Source: Paraglaciecola sp.
GTDB taxonomy: Bacteria; Pseudomonadota; Gammaproteobacteria; Enterobacterales; Alteromonadaceae
NCBI RefSeq assembly: GCF_051252315.1
Contig: NZ_JBPOFP010000004.1
Span: 16,712 to 80,711 of the forward strand
Direction of reading: 5' to 3'
DNA length: 64,000 nucleotides
Position 1 is the first letter of the stretch. Each line of letters starts with the position of its first letter. The position numbers and the translations under genes were made by a program. This document shows positions 9,260 to 21,701 of this stretch, piece after piece. Below the pieces are notes generated by a model. That model had not been told where the DNA came from, ran no database searches, and saw only the letters and a list, made by a program, of their open reading frames with translations.

Positions 9260-9275
9260 AAATTGTTAACAATTT
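9260..9275. promoter_or_regulatory. Perfect 16-bp palindrome, candidate operator
   Basis: AAATTGTTAACAATTT, 66-81 nt upstream of the beta-helix gene start. Confidence 0.4.
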
Positions 9276-9422
9276 TCATATAACTAAATACAAATTTATA
9301 TCTAAAAAATCATAGATGGATAAAACACAAATGAAATTGTCAGGAGAAAAATATTTAAACTAGAAGGGGCAGAATAAAACAAGCAATCCTTTGCTTTAAA
9401 TTAATAAAAACCTATAGCAATT

Positions 9423-12354
<2,932 letters not shown>

Positions 12355-12388
12355 TTATTTTTCCTCTTAAAGTTATCACCACTCAAAC

Positions 12389-12428
12389 TAGACAGTGTCA
12401 AGATAAGAGTTTATTTTGACACTGTCAA
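12389..12428. promoter_or_regulatory. Twin TTGACA-N-TGTCAA operators in the divergent crotonase/TetR promoter region
   Basis: TAGACAGTGTCAA (12389-12401) and perfect TTGACACTGTCAA (12416-12428), 27 bp apart. TTGACA 12416-12421 is 17 bp from AATAAT at 12439-12444. Confidence 0.75.
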
Positions 12429-12486
12429 GATTACAATGAATAATTTGTACTATCACTATAGGTCAGAAAAGCTAACGCATTTATTT

Positions 12487-13104
12487 ATGACACAAGCCAA
12501 CAATATTAAAACCAATTATCACCACGGTGATTTACGCAGCACACTGCTACTTGCGGCTAATGATTTATTGAAAGAAGTGGGAGTAGACGGTTTGTCACTG
12601 CGAAAATTGGCAGAAAAAGTCGGCGTGTCGCGCACGGCGCCCTACCACCACTTTAAAGACAAGAACCAGCTTTTATGTGCGATTGCTGAACAAGGCTTTA
12701 TACATTGGCAACAAGATGCTGAACAAATATTTAAACGAACCGACATCAACTTAAATCAGCAATACCAAGCTTTCTTTAAAGGTTATATAAATTATGCTGC
12801 TAACAATCCAGAGTTGTATGATTTGATGTTTGGTAGAGTCATTTGGAAACAAAACTCTGCTACCGATGAATTAAAAAATGTGGCATACCCGAGTTTTAAC
12901 TATCAAGTTGAAATGACCAAAACATGGCAACAACAAGGCTTATTACCAAATAACGAAAATACCTTGAGATTAGCCCAAGTCACTTGGGCAACTATGCATG
13001 GTATTGCTAGACTACTCATTGATGGAATATACGCTGACCAATCCCACGTAGACGAAATGTGCGATTGCGCTGTGAACCTGTTTACCCAAAACATGACGAG
13101 CTAA
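12487..13104 (+). CDS. TetR/AcrR family transcriptional regulator (WHG-type C-terminal domain)
   Basis: YHHGDLR...LSLRKLAEKVGVSRTAPYHHF HTH; W..MHG motif near the C-terminus. ATG 12487 preferred because ATG 12436 lies inside the predicted promoter. Confidence 0.9.
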   Translation: MTQANNIKTNYHHGDLRSTLLLAANDLLKEVGVDGLSLRKLAEKVGVSRTAPYHHFKDKNQLLCAIAEQGFIHWQQDAEQIFKRTDINLNQQYQAFFKGYINYAANNPELYDLMFGRVIWKQNSATDELKNVAYPSFNYQVEMTKTWQQQGLLPNNENTLRLAQVTWATMHGIARLLIDGIYADQSHVDEMCDCAVNLFTQNMTS

Positions 13105-13107
13105 GCC

Positions 13108-13515
13108 ATGCAATATGATGTGACTACACCTTCAGCCTACTTAGAAACAATAGAGCAAGATTGGCGTAAAGGTACCCTATTAGCAATCCGCGCTCTGATT
13201 TTAGACTTTGCTACAAACATCGAAGAAAGCATTGAATATAAGATGCTAAGCTACTCGTTAAATAATCACTCGCTAAATAACCCCAAGTCAAATAACCAGA
13301 CTTTATTTCACCTCAATGTACAAAAACATTTTGTTGGTTTGTATGTGGGCAATATTCAAAAAATTGATCCTAGCGGAGAATTATTGGCTGGCCTAAATAC
13401 CGGAAAAGGCTGTATTAGAGTGAGTAAATCTATCAATGTTCAACAAACTCAACTTCCAGAGTTTATTAAACGAGCTGTAGAGTTACATCTTGCTGGAAAA
13501 GATCTAGGTTGTTAA
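13108..13515 (+). CDS. DUF1801 (YdhG-like) domain protein
   Basis: YLETI...LLAIRALI...EESIEYKMLSY...QKHFVGLY...GKGCIR pattern. Confidence 0.75.
   Translation: MQYDVTTPSAYLETIEQDWRKGTLLAIRALILDFATNIEESIEYKMLSYSLNNHSLNNPKSNNQTLFHLNVQKHFVGLYVGNIQKIDPSGELLAGLNTGKGCIRVSKSINVQQTQLPEFIKRAVELHLAGKDLGC
13253..13297 (+). repeat. Three tandem 15-bp degenerate units inside the DUF1801 gene
   Basis: ACTCGTTAAATAATC / ACTCGCTAAATAACC / CCAAGTCAAATAACC, encoding SLNNH SLNNP KSNNQ. Confidence 0.7.
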
Positions 13516-13564
13516 CTTTTAAATTAATCATTCAGACAAAGTACAAGTTCGAGAACTCATTGAA

Positions 13565-14116
13565 TTAATAATTAGTTTTCATTTGAAGCCACTCTAATTG
13601 CTGCTGATAAGCTAGCCCGTTAAAATTGTCTGAAAGAGGGTTCATAAAACCATGTAAGTACTGTGTTTGCACAATATTCACATTTGGTTTGCCGGTTATC
13701 TCTGCCCTAAGTTTATCTACATCAAAATGTGACTCACATTTGGGAAATATTAAGTCCACTTCAAATAAAGGATTCACTTGTTTTAAATTTCGAATTTGAG
13801 AGCCGTAATAACAAATCCCACCATTTACATTTTTTATTGCTGGGTTTTCAGATAATTTCCAAATTGCCGCAGCGCCAATACTAAAACCAATCAACTTGTT
13901 GATGGAGCTAGCAGATTTGACCGCTTTGGTTAAGGTTATTAGGTAATTTTCAAAACCCACCTTTTCAACAAAATAGGTATATGCCTCAGTTTCGTTGTTA
14001 AAAGCCATATCAATCCCGTCATATGGATCAACTATCATACTGGTGTTTAATGCTTTACCTAGCTCTATTAAAGCAGGGGTTTTACCAAAAATGTCAGTAA
14101 CTAAAATGGTGTTCAT
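13565..14116 (-). CDS. Dienelactone hydrolase-like alpha/beta protein
   Basis: TDIFG, IGFSIGA nucleophile elbow, CYYGSQIR, HGFMN. Confidence 0.75.
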   Translation of the reverse strand: MNTILVTDIFGKTPALIELGKALNTSMIVDPYDGIDMAFNNETEAYTYFVEKVGFENYLITLTKAVKSASSINKLIGFSIGAAAIWKLSENPAIKNVNGGICYYGSQIRNLKQVNPLFEVDLIFPKCESHFDVDKLRAEITGKPNVNIVQTQYLHGFMNPLSDNFNGLAYQQQLEWLQMKTNY

Positions 14117-14152
14117 AGTTATTTATGCTCTTATTATTCCTCTACATCCACT

Positions 14153-14728
14153 TTATTTCGGCTTTTGTTGATTGACCAACATATCTAAATATTTAGTGAA
14201 CCGCTTTTGCCTAGTTTCAGGCTTTTTTGCACTGAGTAAACCATGGGCGATCACATAACGACTGGATTTACTTAACGATTGATAAAACTGTTTAGCTTGT
14301 AGTTGGTTATTAAGGGCTTCGACAAAATCAAGCGGCACTTGCATTTCACTTACCACATAAGCGCTTTCCCAGCGTCCATCGGCTTTTGCAGCTTGTACCT
14401 GTTTAAGACCAGATTCTTGCATGCGCCCTTCGCTTATCAAACGCTCAACATGTTGGGTGTTTCTTTTCGACCAGCCACTACGAGCTTTTCTAGGCGTAAT
14501 ACGTTGCAAATAAGCGCTGTCATCCAAAGACTTTTTAAGTCCATCTATCCAACCCCAACATAACACCTCTATCACTAACTCATTCCAAGTCACACTCTGT
14601 ATGACTGTGTTCTTTTTAAAAATCTTCACCCATAATTCAGTTTCACTGGCATGGTTAAAACTAAGCCATTGGCAAAGCTGTTTTGGGGTAGAAAATGTTT
14701 TAATTTTTAGTGGGTTAACTTCAGGCAT
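14153..14728 (-). CDS. YdeI/OmpD-associated family protein
   Basis: LCWGWIDG, TPRKARSGWS..N, GL..V..AKADGRW, KKPETR..R motifs. Confidence 0.85.
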   Translation of the reverse strand: MPEVNPLKIKTFSTPKQLCQWLSFNHASETELWVKIFKKNTVIQSVTWNELVIEVLCWGWIDGLKKSLDDSAYLQRITPRKARSGWSKRNTQHVERLISEGRMQESGLKQVQAAKADGRWESAYVVSEMQVPLDFVEALNNQLQAKQFYQSLSKSSRYVIAHGLLSAKKPETRQKRFTKYLDMLVNQQKPK

Positions 14729-14829
14729 TCGGGCCGGGCTTCTTAGTTACAACGATTAATATAAGGTTATTTGACAGTATAACTCCTAACTATATAAACA
14801 CATTTAGAAAAGTATATCGGATACAAAAA

Positions 14830-14849
14830 AGGCCGCTTAACAGCGACCT
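14830..14849 (-). terminator. Rho-independent terminator of the sulfatase gene
   Basis: Minus strand AGGTCGCT-GTTA-AGCGGCCT followed by a T-run. Confidence 0.7.
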
Positions 14850-14870
14850 AATTTAAATGTTTAATTCACA

Positions 14871-16808
14871 CTATTCTGCGAAGTGTGCGGCATCAAACCA
14901 AGGATGATAACCTACTTGCGGTGTGTCAACATCCTTAGCACAGCCTTGTCGATTTTCACGATAAGCCACCACTCGGTCTAACTTAAAGTTGTCGGACATA
15001 GGCGCTATTTTTATCTGATTTGCTCCTGCCTTAAACGTGGTACTAACCACTGTTGAGTGGTCTTGGCGAATACCAAACTCCCAGCCTTTAACTTTTTTGT
15101 TATCTGCAGAATAGTAAGCCTTCCAAGGGCCGCTACCAATCTTCATCCAAAATCCGTTTTGTTTATTCACATCAGCGTGATCATGACGATGGCGCACATC
15201 AAAAAACCATTTACCTTGTGAAGAAGTATTCATATTAAAGGCTAGAATGCCCTTTTCAGGTTTTTCGGTTTGGTCACGTAACGAACGTAAATACCCTGCC
15301 CCAGTATGTCCTGGAATAAGGTTTTGTATTATCCAAGACTCGTCCAAAGCAAAACCGATACTTTCGGCTTCCATCACCACACACCCGGTGAAATCTTCGA
15401 ACATGTAATAGTTAAGGAACGCTTTTCTTTTGGCTTCTCTGGGCATAGTCTGAGGATCGTACACAGCATAATCTTTATGTTTATCTAATACTGCTTGTAA
15501 CGCTTTACGTACTTTTGCTGTTTTACGTGTATCGTCTGCTGGCATAATTTCGTGTTCTTCATACAAGTCTTTTGCTGGCTGGTACATACGACCATCTTGA
15601 TACAGTTTGTAATTTTTATCTCGAGCAAAACGTTGCAGATAAAAACGGTCTTTGGCTTTACCTGGACGAGGATCGTGATGCATATACACCCAATCACGGG
15701 TATCGCCCTTTTCACCTTTAATTTGTGAATAGAAGCTCATGCCGTCCATATTATTTTGCTTTGCCACAGCGGGTTGTTCAGCAATGTCGAGTAAAGTCGG
15801 TAAGAAGTCGGTGGATTCGATTAAATCAGAATTAATTTTACCTTCTGGGGTTTTACCTTTCCAACTAACGTACATAGGAACTCGTGTTCCTAAGTCTGTC
15901 ATCATGGCTTTACCACCTTGTACTAAACGGCCATTTAGATCTGACATCACATTCCATTGGGTGCCATTATCACTGTAAAAAATAATAATGGTTTCTTCGC
16001 GAATGCCTAACTCATCCACCTTATCCACTAACTTTCCTAATACAAAGTCAGCATATTCCACCATGTCGCCAAAGTACTTTTCTTCTTCGTCAAACTTTTT
16101 AGCTTGATCACCCCACTCTTTACTGTGAGGAGTCGGATTAAAAGGAGAATGAGGTAAAGACATGGCGTAATAGGCGAAGAACGGCTTGTTATCATCTTTT
16201 TTACGGGTCATAAAATCAGACAAAAAATTGGTCCAAATATCTGGGCCATATTGACCATCAGTCTGTTTTATAAATTCTCCGTTTTGATTAATATAAGGAT
16301 CTGGGTAACGAGACCCTTTGTCTTCGGTGTGAGCCGTATGCCATAAGCTATACTCGTCGAATCCAGCATTTTCAACTCTCATGCCTTTACCACGTCTATG
16401 TTCCGCCCCAGGAAACCCAACCGGGTCATAACTTTGCAACTGCCACTTACCAGCCATAGCCGTGTTGTATCCAGCTTCTTGCATATAATGACCGAAGGTT
16501 TTCTCTTTAGGGTTGAACAAGCCAAACCCAGTCCAGGTTCGGTAGCTATACTTTCCTGTCATGAGTTGCACACGAGTGGGTGAACATAAAGGTGTGGCAT
16601 AAGCTTGATTAAACTGCACACCTTGGTTTGCCAAACGGGTCATGTTAGGCGTTTGGTAACTGCGCCCACCATAACTTTCCACGGCTTCAAACCCAAGGTC
16701 ATCAGCCATAATAAGTAGCACATTTGGCTTTTTGGCATGAGCCGAAAAAGTAAACAAAATACACACAACAGAAACAAACAAAATGTAGGGTTTAGGTAAA
16801 TTTTTCAT
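14871..16808 (-). CDS. Secreted S1 (formylglycine-dependent, Cys-type) sulfatase with an additional C-terminal beta-sandwich-like domain
   Basis: Signal peptide; KPNVLLIMADDLG, LCSPTRVQLMTGKY (CxPxR), AGKWQL, SLPHSPF, SDNG motifs; about 190 extra C-terminal residues starting VVMEAES. Confidence 0.92.
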   Translation of the reverse strand: MKNLPKPYILFVSVVCILFTFSAHAKKPNVLLIMADDLGFEAVESYGGRSYQTPNMTRLANQGVQFNQAYATPLCSPTRVQLMTGKYSYRTWTGFGLFNPKEKTFGHYMQEAGYNTAMAGKWQLQSYDPVGFPGAEHRRGKGMRVENAGFDEYSLWHTAHTEDKGSRYPDPYINQNGEFIKQTDGQYGPDIWTNFLSDFMTRKKDDNKPFFAYYAMSLPHSPFNPTPHSKEWGDQAKKFDEEEKYFGDMVEYADFVLGKLVDKVDELGIREETIIIFYSDNGTQWNVMSDLNGRLVQGGKAMMTDLGTRVPMYVSWKGKTPEGKINSDLIESTDFLPTLLDIAEQPAVAKQNNMDGMSFYSQIKGEKGDTRDWVYMHHDPRPGKAKDRFYLQRFARDKNYKLYQDGRMYQPAKDLYEEHEIMPADDTRKTAKVRKALQAVLDKHKDYAVYDPQTMPREAKRKAFLNYYMFEDFTGCVVMEAESIGFALDESWIIQNLIPGHTGAGYLRSLRDQTEKPEKGILAFNMNTSSQGKWFFDVRHRHDHADVNKQNGFWMKIGSGPWKAYYSADNKKVKGWEFGIRQDHSTVVSTTFKAGANQIKIAPMSDNFKLDRVVAYRENRQGCAKDVDTPQVGYHPWFDAAHFAE

Positions 16809-16895
16809 ATAGGAGCGAGCTTGTTAAAATTATATTTAAAGGGGTTAAATTAAATATAACACACAACCAATGTCAGATTACACTCAATTCTATCT

Positions 16896-17507
16896 CTAGT
16901 TAGAAACCACAACGATCAAGGCCGAAAGGTGCGGAAAACCTTGCCACAAAAACGGCCCGCCTTTAACCAAAGAAAAGGTATTGTCTGCTAACTTTGGGAA
17001 AAAATACATTTGATGAACAGGTGAATCACCAAGTGTACCGTGATGGGGATCAAAATATTTATTATGTTTTGACATCATGTAAACCAAAGATCCATGCTCC
17101 GCATTAGGTAATTGACCTTGTTTAAATGCATCAGCCAACTTCTTAACTGTTTTCGAATGAGACAACCCCTGATATAAATACTGCATTTGCAATTCATAGG
17201 AAGGAAAAACAGAACGCATGGCTTCTTGATTAAAACAAGAAGGTTCATATCTACCCTGTGGGTTACTCACCACCAAACAGGTAAAGTTATTATTACCTTG
17301 TTTAATCAATTCAAACCCGCCCTGACTAAACATCATAAAACTAGCACTATCTGTAATATGTGCTGGCGCTCCTTCACTAGCTTGTTTAATCACAGTTTGT
17401 TGTTCATTAGTGAGGGCGAAACACTGATGTGTCAAAATGACACTCAGCAAAGTAAAAATGCCGAACTTATTAGCTAATTTAGCACGATATAAATATAAAG
17501 GTTTCAT
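16896..17507 (-). CDS. Hypothetical secreted protein
   Basis: 203 aa; signal-like N-terminus; GAPAHITDSA, GNNNFTCLV, YMMS, HQMYF segments; directly downstream of the GlxA-type regulator. Confidence 0.7.
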   Translation of the reverse strand: MKPLYLYRAKLANKFGIFTLLSVILTHQCFALTNEQQTVIKQASEGAPAHITDSASFMMFSQGGFELIKQGNNNFTCLVVSNPQGRYEPSCFNQEAMRSVFPSYELQMQYLYQGLSHSKTVKKLADAFKQGQLPNAEHGSLVYMMSKHNKYFDPHHGTLGDSPVHQMYFFPKLADNTFSLVKGGPFLWQGFPHLSALIVVVSN

Positions 17508-17549
17508 GATATTTCCTTATAGTTTGTTGTTAATAATCCACGTAATAAC

Positions 17550-18488
17550 TCATGGATTGTAAGTTGATGGTGATAAACCAAAATAACGCTCAAAGGCGCG
17601 CCTAAAGCTTTCGTAATTGGCAAAACCCACTAGTCTAGAGACTTCTTGTAAAGAACGATTCTCGTGACTAATCAAATCTCTAGCCTGGAACATGCGTAGT
17701 TGGGTTAAATATTGGGCTGGACTTAAGTTGACATGTTGTTTAAACAGTCGAGAGACTTGCCTTTCGCTGACACAGAGTTTTTGCGCAATGTCTGTAACAC
17801 TAATAGGTTGTTGTAGGTTATCCAGCATCCATTCAATCACTGGATTTAAGCGTAAACTATCAGATGATTGAGTTTTTAATAAATCAGAGAATTGTTTTTG
17901 GCTTCCTTTTCTTTGTAAATACACCACTAATTCTTTCGCAACAGACGCAGCAAGAGTATTTCCTAAGTCTTGCCTGACTAACTCTAAGCTTAAATCAACT
18001 CCTGATAATATGCCGGCTGAAGAGTAAATATGTTTATGGCAAATGTATAGAGGATCGGGCAACACATCACATTGGGGGTACTGTTCACTTAATTGAGCAC
18101 AATGACGCCAATGAGTGGTGACGGTTAAAGGCGTATTTGGAAATAATTGGGCAAGAATAAAAGTACCCGTGCAAATGCTGACAATTCTTTTAGCTACGTT
18201 TGCGAGTTGTTTTAAATCAATGAATTGTTTGGTTGTGAGTTTAAGAGTGCGCATACCAGAACCACCACAAATCACCAAATAATCTGGCTCTGGAACATTA
18301 ACCACAGAAAAATCCGCCATAACCGAATGACCATTAGCACTTTTAATCAACCCAGATTCAAAACTAACAATGTCACATTGGTAACTGTCTTTTAAAAATG
18401 TATTGGCTTCGGTAAAAGTGTCTAGCGGGCCAAATAGGTCGAGAGGCTGGAACCCATCTGCGATGAAAAAGGCAACACGAATTGTCAT
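17550..18488 (-). CDS. GlxA-family transcriptional regulator (DJ-1/PfpI domain + AraC HTH)
   Basis: SICTGTFIL, TTHW, SSAGILSGVDL, QRKGSQKQFS, VGFANYESFRRAF..FG.SP. Confidence 0.92.
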   Translation of the reverse strand: MTIRVAFFIADGFQPLDLFGPLDTFTEANTFLKDSYQCDIVSFESGLIKSANGHSVMADFSVVNVPEPDYLVICGGSGMRTLKLTTKQFIDLKQLANVAKRIVSICTGTFILAQLFPNTPLTVTTHWRHCAQLSEQYPQCDVLPDPLYICHKHIYSSAGILSGVDLSLELVRQDLGNTLAASVAKELVVYLQRKGSQKQFSDLLKTQSSDSLRLNPVIEWMLDNLQQPISVTDIAQKLCVSERQVSRLFKQHVNLSPAQYLTQLRMFQARDLISHENRSLQEVSRLVGFANYESFRRAFERYFGLSPSTYNP

Positions 18489-18635
18489 TAGGTAAACCAA
18501 GTAAGAATGAATTCATACTTGGATATTACCTAAAAGCCAGATGACCAGATAGACATAAAAACAACAATTTAGGACATTATTATTTTAGGGAATGTAAGGC
18601 AAATTGACTCTTATGAATGGGATGAGATGAATTCG

Positions 18636-18670
18636 AATTAAATTAAATTAAATTAAATCAAATTAAGTTA
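18636..18670. repeat. (AATTA)x7 pentanucleotide microsatellite overlapping a stop codon
   Basis: AATTA AATTA AATTA AATTA AATCA AATTA AGTTA. Confidence 0.75.
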
Positions 18671-19767
18671 AACGCTGCCAAAGGATGGGTCTGTCCGTTG
18701 ATCATAACTTCAACTTTGTGTATTCCGGAGTACAAGGTCCGAGTGGTCATAGGTTTTAACGATACTTTTTTACTAAATGACTGCACTGCTTGAGGTTGGA
18801 GCTCGCAGGCTTTTAATTTAAAAACCTTAGCTGCACTAGACCCATTTGCTTTAACAAAATGAATAGCAAAATCTACCATCAAATTTACTTTTGAATTAGC
18901 AAGGTTTTGTAAATCAAAGACAATGTTAATGGCGCCTCCTACCTTGGCTGTTTCTGGTGACACAGACACATTCTGGATCAGAACATTTGCTGGTTTGCCG
19001 TAACCCAAAGCCTCTAACGCGCCTTTTTCGCCCCGTTTAATTGCACTTCTTAGTGCATGTTTTACCAACCAAGTACGTTCTGGCGACGCCTCCTTTAACC
19101 AACGTTTGGCTATGTCAGCCAATAAACATGGATGGTCTTTGCCAATATCATTTAGATTATTAGCCACTGAACGCCTGACATACAGTGCGGGGTCATCTTT
19201 TAATAATTCCAACAATGCAATAACAGCTTGGGGATCTTTTATAAACTCTGGTAGCCGAGATGCCCACGGCAAACGTGGCCGAGTCCCTTCAGAGACTAAC
19301 CTTCGAACATGTTCATTCGGATCCTGTGTCCATTTAGTGAGTAACTTAAGTGTTTTTTCTGGATACCCTTGAATAAAAGGCCGAATGGCAAACTCAGAAG
19401 TAAATTTTTGAGTCAAAATATACAAGGCAAACATTGAGGTATCGAAATCATCTAATCCATTTTCTGCAACAAAATTAACGTGAGGCATAAATAAAAATGA
19501 GGCAATGCTATTGCCTTCATCAAACTCAACAGTTTGCTCTGCGGAGTCTAATAATATCTTTACGGCCTGCTGATAATTATCTGGCAAAAATACCTTCAAT
19601 GCCGCTGAAATTTTACGCCCACGATCCATCAACTCCAAAGAATCATAGTCAGTGCTAATCCATTTAATAAAACCTTGTTTATCAAATTTTGAAAATACAC
19701 TGAGTGTCATATCAGCTATTTTCTCGGGAATTTCTAACCCATATTGATTTTTGAGGGGCTCAGCCAT
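18658..19767 (-). CDS. DNA alkylation repair protein (AlkC/AlkD-like HEAT-repeat family) with C-terminal Ig-like extension
   Basis: LTQKFTSEFAIRPF, HVRRLVSEGTRPRLPW, DPALYVRRSVANNLNDIGKDHP motifs. Confidence 0.88.
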   Translation of the reverse strand: MAEPLKNQYGLEIPEKIADMTLSVFSKFDKQGFIKWISTDYDSLELMDRGRKISAALKVFLPDNYQQAVKILLDSAEQTVEFDEGNSIASFLFMPHVNFVAENGLDDFDTSMFALYILTQKFTSEFAIRPFIQGYPEKTLKLLTKWTQDPNEHVRRLVSEGTRPRLPWASRLPEFIKDPQAVIALLELLKDDPALYVRRSVANNLNDIGKDHPCLLADIAKRWLKEASPERTWLVKHALRSAIKRGEKGALEALGYGKPANVLIQNVSVSPETAKVGGAINIVFDLQNLANSKVNLMVDFAIHFVKANGSSAAKVFKLKACELQPQAVQSFSKKVSLKPMTTRTLYSGIHKVEVMINGQTHPLAAFNLI

Positions 19768-19818
19768 GCAAATCCTTTCTTATTCGTCGACACTGCTAAC
19801 AAAATGATTTTAGTTAGC

Positions 19819-21549
19819 CTATAACGATCGTTTTTCCATTAGAAATTCCATCACCTGTTCGTTTAAAACTGACAAAGGTACATTGCCATTTTTTAGAATT
19901 AACCCATGGAAATCTTTAATGTCGAACTTTTCGCCTAACTTACTTTGCATCAGTTTTCTCAAGGCAAAAATTTCCAATGCACCGGAATCGTATGCAGTTA
20001 ACTGAGCAGGCATAGCCGCCATTCGATCTAATATAGTATCGGGATCTCTAGCAAATGAAGCACCTGAATCTTTAAGAAACGCGGAGACTTTTTCATTACT
20101 CCAGCCCAGCATATGCATCGCTGTGTCTGCCACCATGCCTCGAGCAGGCCACGCACGTCTTAATATTTTGGTCGAATCAAACTGATAAATGTTAGCTTCT
20201 TCGGAAAGCATTTCAGCATATCTCGCCCAGCCTTCAGCAAACGCAGAATTAGAAAAAAGCCCTTCAATTTCATGGAATTTAGCTTGCTCATGAACCAATG
20301 CTATTTGCAAATGATGACCTGGATAACCTTCATGCACAGATACTCGCTCACCAGAAGCAAAATTCTCCTTTTGGTAATTCGTTGGATCATAAGCAAACTT
20401 GGCTGTTCTGTCAGCAGTCCCGGAAATGTAGTGTGCACTTCTACCTGTCCCACGTTGATATTCTGGAATAGCCTCCACCACCATTTCAATGGAAGGCAAT
20501 CTATGAAAGTAGTCGGTTATCTTAATTTTTGAACGTTTAACCACAGACTCAAAAAACTGGTGCATCTCTTCAGGGGATGAAAACTTCTGACTTGGATCAT
20601 TACTCGCTTTATTAACCGCACCAGAAAACGAATCTACGTCATAATACTTTTTACCTAACTCAATCACTTTGTCTTTATTGCCATTGACCGTCTTTAAACC
20701 TAAGTCAAAAACCTGTTGAGGCGTTCGTTTTAGCGTTGTGTAATACCGATATTTTGCCATGTAACACGCTTTACCTTTAGGTAAAACGTGTATTCCTAAC
20801 TCAGAGCGTGCATCTTTGATATAAGTATCATTAAGAAAACTTGAGTAACGTTTAATCGCTGGAATTAACTCTTTATCTAAAACTTCTTTAAATGCACTTT
20901 TAAAGGTTAGGTCGTCCGTTCTGCTGGCTAATTTTAAGAAAGGATGCGCATCTACCGGTGACGAGGTTAACCCGTCTAATTGGCTAATGAGTCGTTTTAC
21001 CACTCTTTTGGGCGCTGAGTATCCTTGTTTTAGACCGAGGCTTAGATTAATAATTTCTTGATCGTAATAGGAAGCAGCGTCTTGCCAACGTTCAAGTGCA
21101 TCGTCTAAGTTCTGCTTTGTTTCTAGAGGCTGCACATTGACTAAAAAATCAAGTATTGAATGAGGACCAAACATATGGCTCAAATCCCAAAGTTCTGATT
21201 TACAAACTCTAAGCTCGACGCTCGTTTCTAGGCTTTCTTTGAACTTAGCATAGAATATTCGCGCTTGGTTTTCTTCTAACTTGTTGACATCTATTTGATT
21301 TAAAGTCTGCAATATTTCATCTTCAACTTTAGCTAAGGTAGCAAAACTCTCCAGCGAATTTTTGAGAAATAGATTATGCCGTTTTAACTTAATATCTTCG
21401 AAATACGCGTAAGGCTGTGAAAAAGTAAAGGTAACCTCAGAATACTTATCTGCTAAAGCTTTTATTTGGGCAATCTGATCTTTTGCAATTGAATTATTTG
21501 ATGAGAGCAAGACAAACATCAACAAAAGGGAAGAAACAAATGACTTCAT
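19819..21549 (-). CDS. DUF885 family secreted protein (putative metallopeptidase-like)
   Basis: Signal peptide; HEGYPGHHLQ, AFAEGWARYAE, PAQLTAYDSGALEI..LR, FDIKDFH..IL.NG.VPL. Confidence 0.9.
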   Translation of the reverse strand: MKSFVSSLLLMFVLLSSNNSIAKDQIAQIKALADKYSEVTFTFSQPYAYFEDIKLKRHNLFLKNSLESFATLAKVEDEILQTLNQIDVNKLEENQARIFYAKFKESLETSVELRVCKSELWDLSHMFGPHSILDFLVNVQPLETKQNLDDALERWQDAASYYDQEIINLSLGLKQGYSAPKRVVKRLISQLDGLTSSPVDAHPFLKLASRTDDLTFKSAFKEVLDKELIPAIKRYSSFLNDTYIKDARSELGIHVLPKGKACYMAKYRYYTTLKRTPQQVFDLGLKTVNGNKDKVIELGKKYYDVDSFSGAVNKASNDPSQKFSSPEEMHQFFESVVKRSKIKITDYFHRLPSIEMVVEAIPEYQRGTGRSAHYISGTADRTAKFAYDPTNYQKENFASGERVSVHEGYPGHHLQIALVHEQAKFHEIEGLFSNSAFAEGWARYAEMLSEEANIYQFDSTKILRRAWPARGMVADTAMHMLGWSNEKVSAFLKDSGASFARDPDTILDRMAAMPAQLTAYDSGALEIFALRKLMQSKLGEKFDIKDFHGLILKNGNVPLSVLNEQVMEFLMEKRSL

Positions 21550-21701
21550 ATTACATCCTAGTTTTGGACACCAACAATTTTGATAGTATCATTCAGTGGA
21601 TAACTTTGAACATGGTATTTAATAAATCACATCTACTCGCAGATTAAACATCTCTTCTTCAATTTCCCTTTAAGACACAAAAAATTTTCGGAAATTCAGC
21701 A

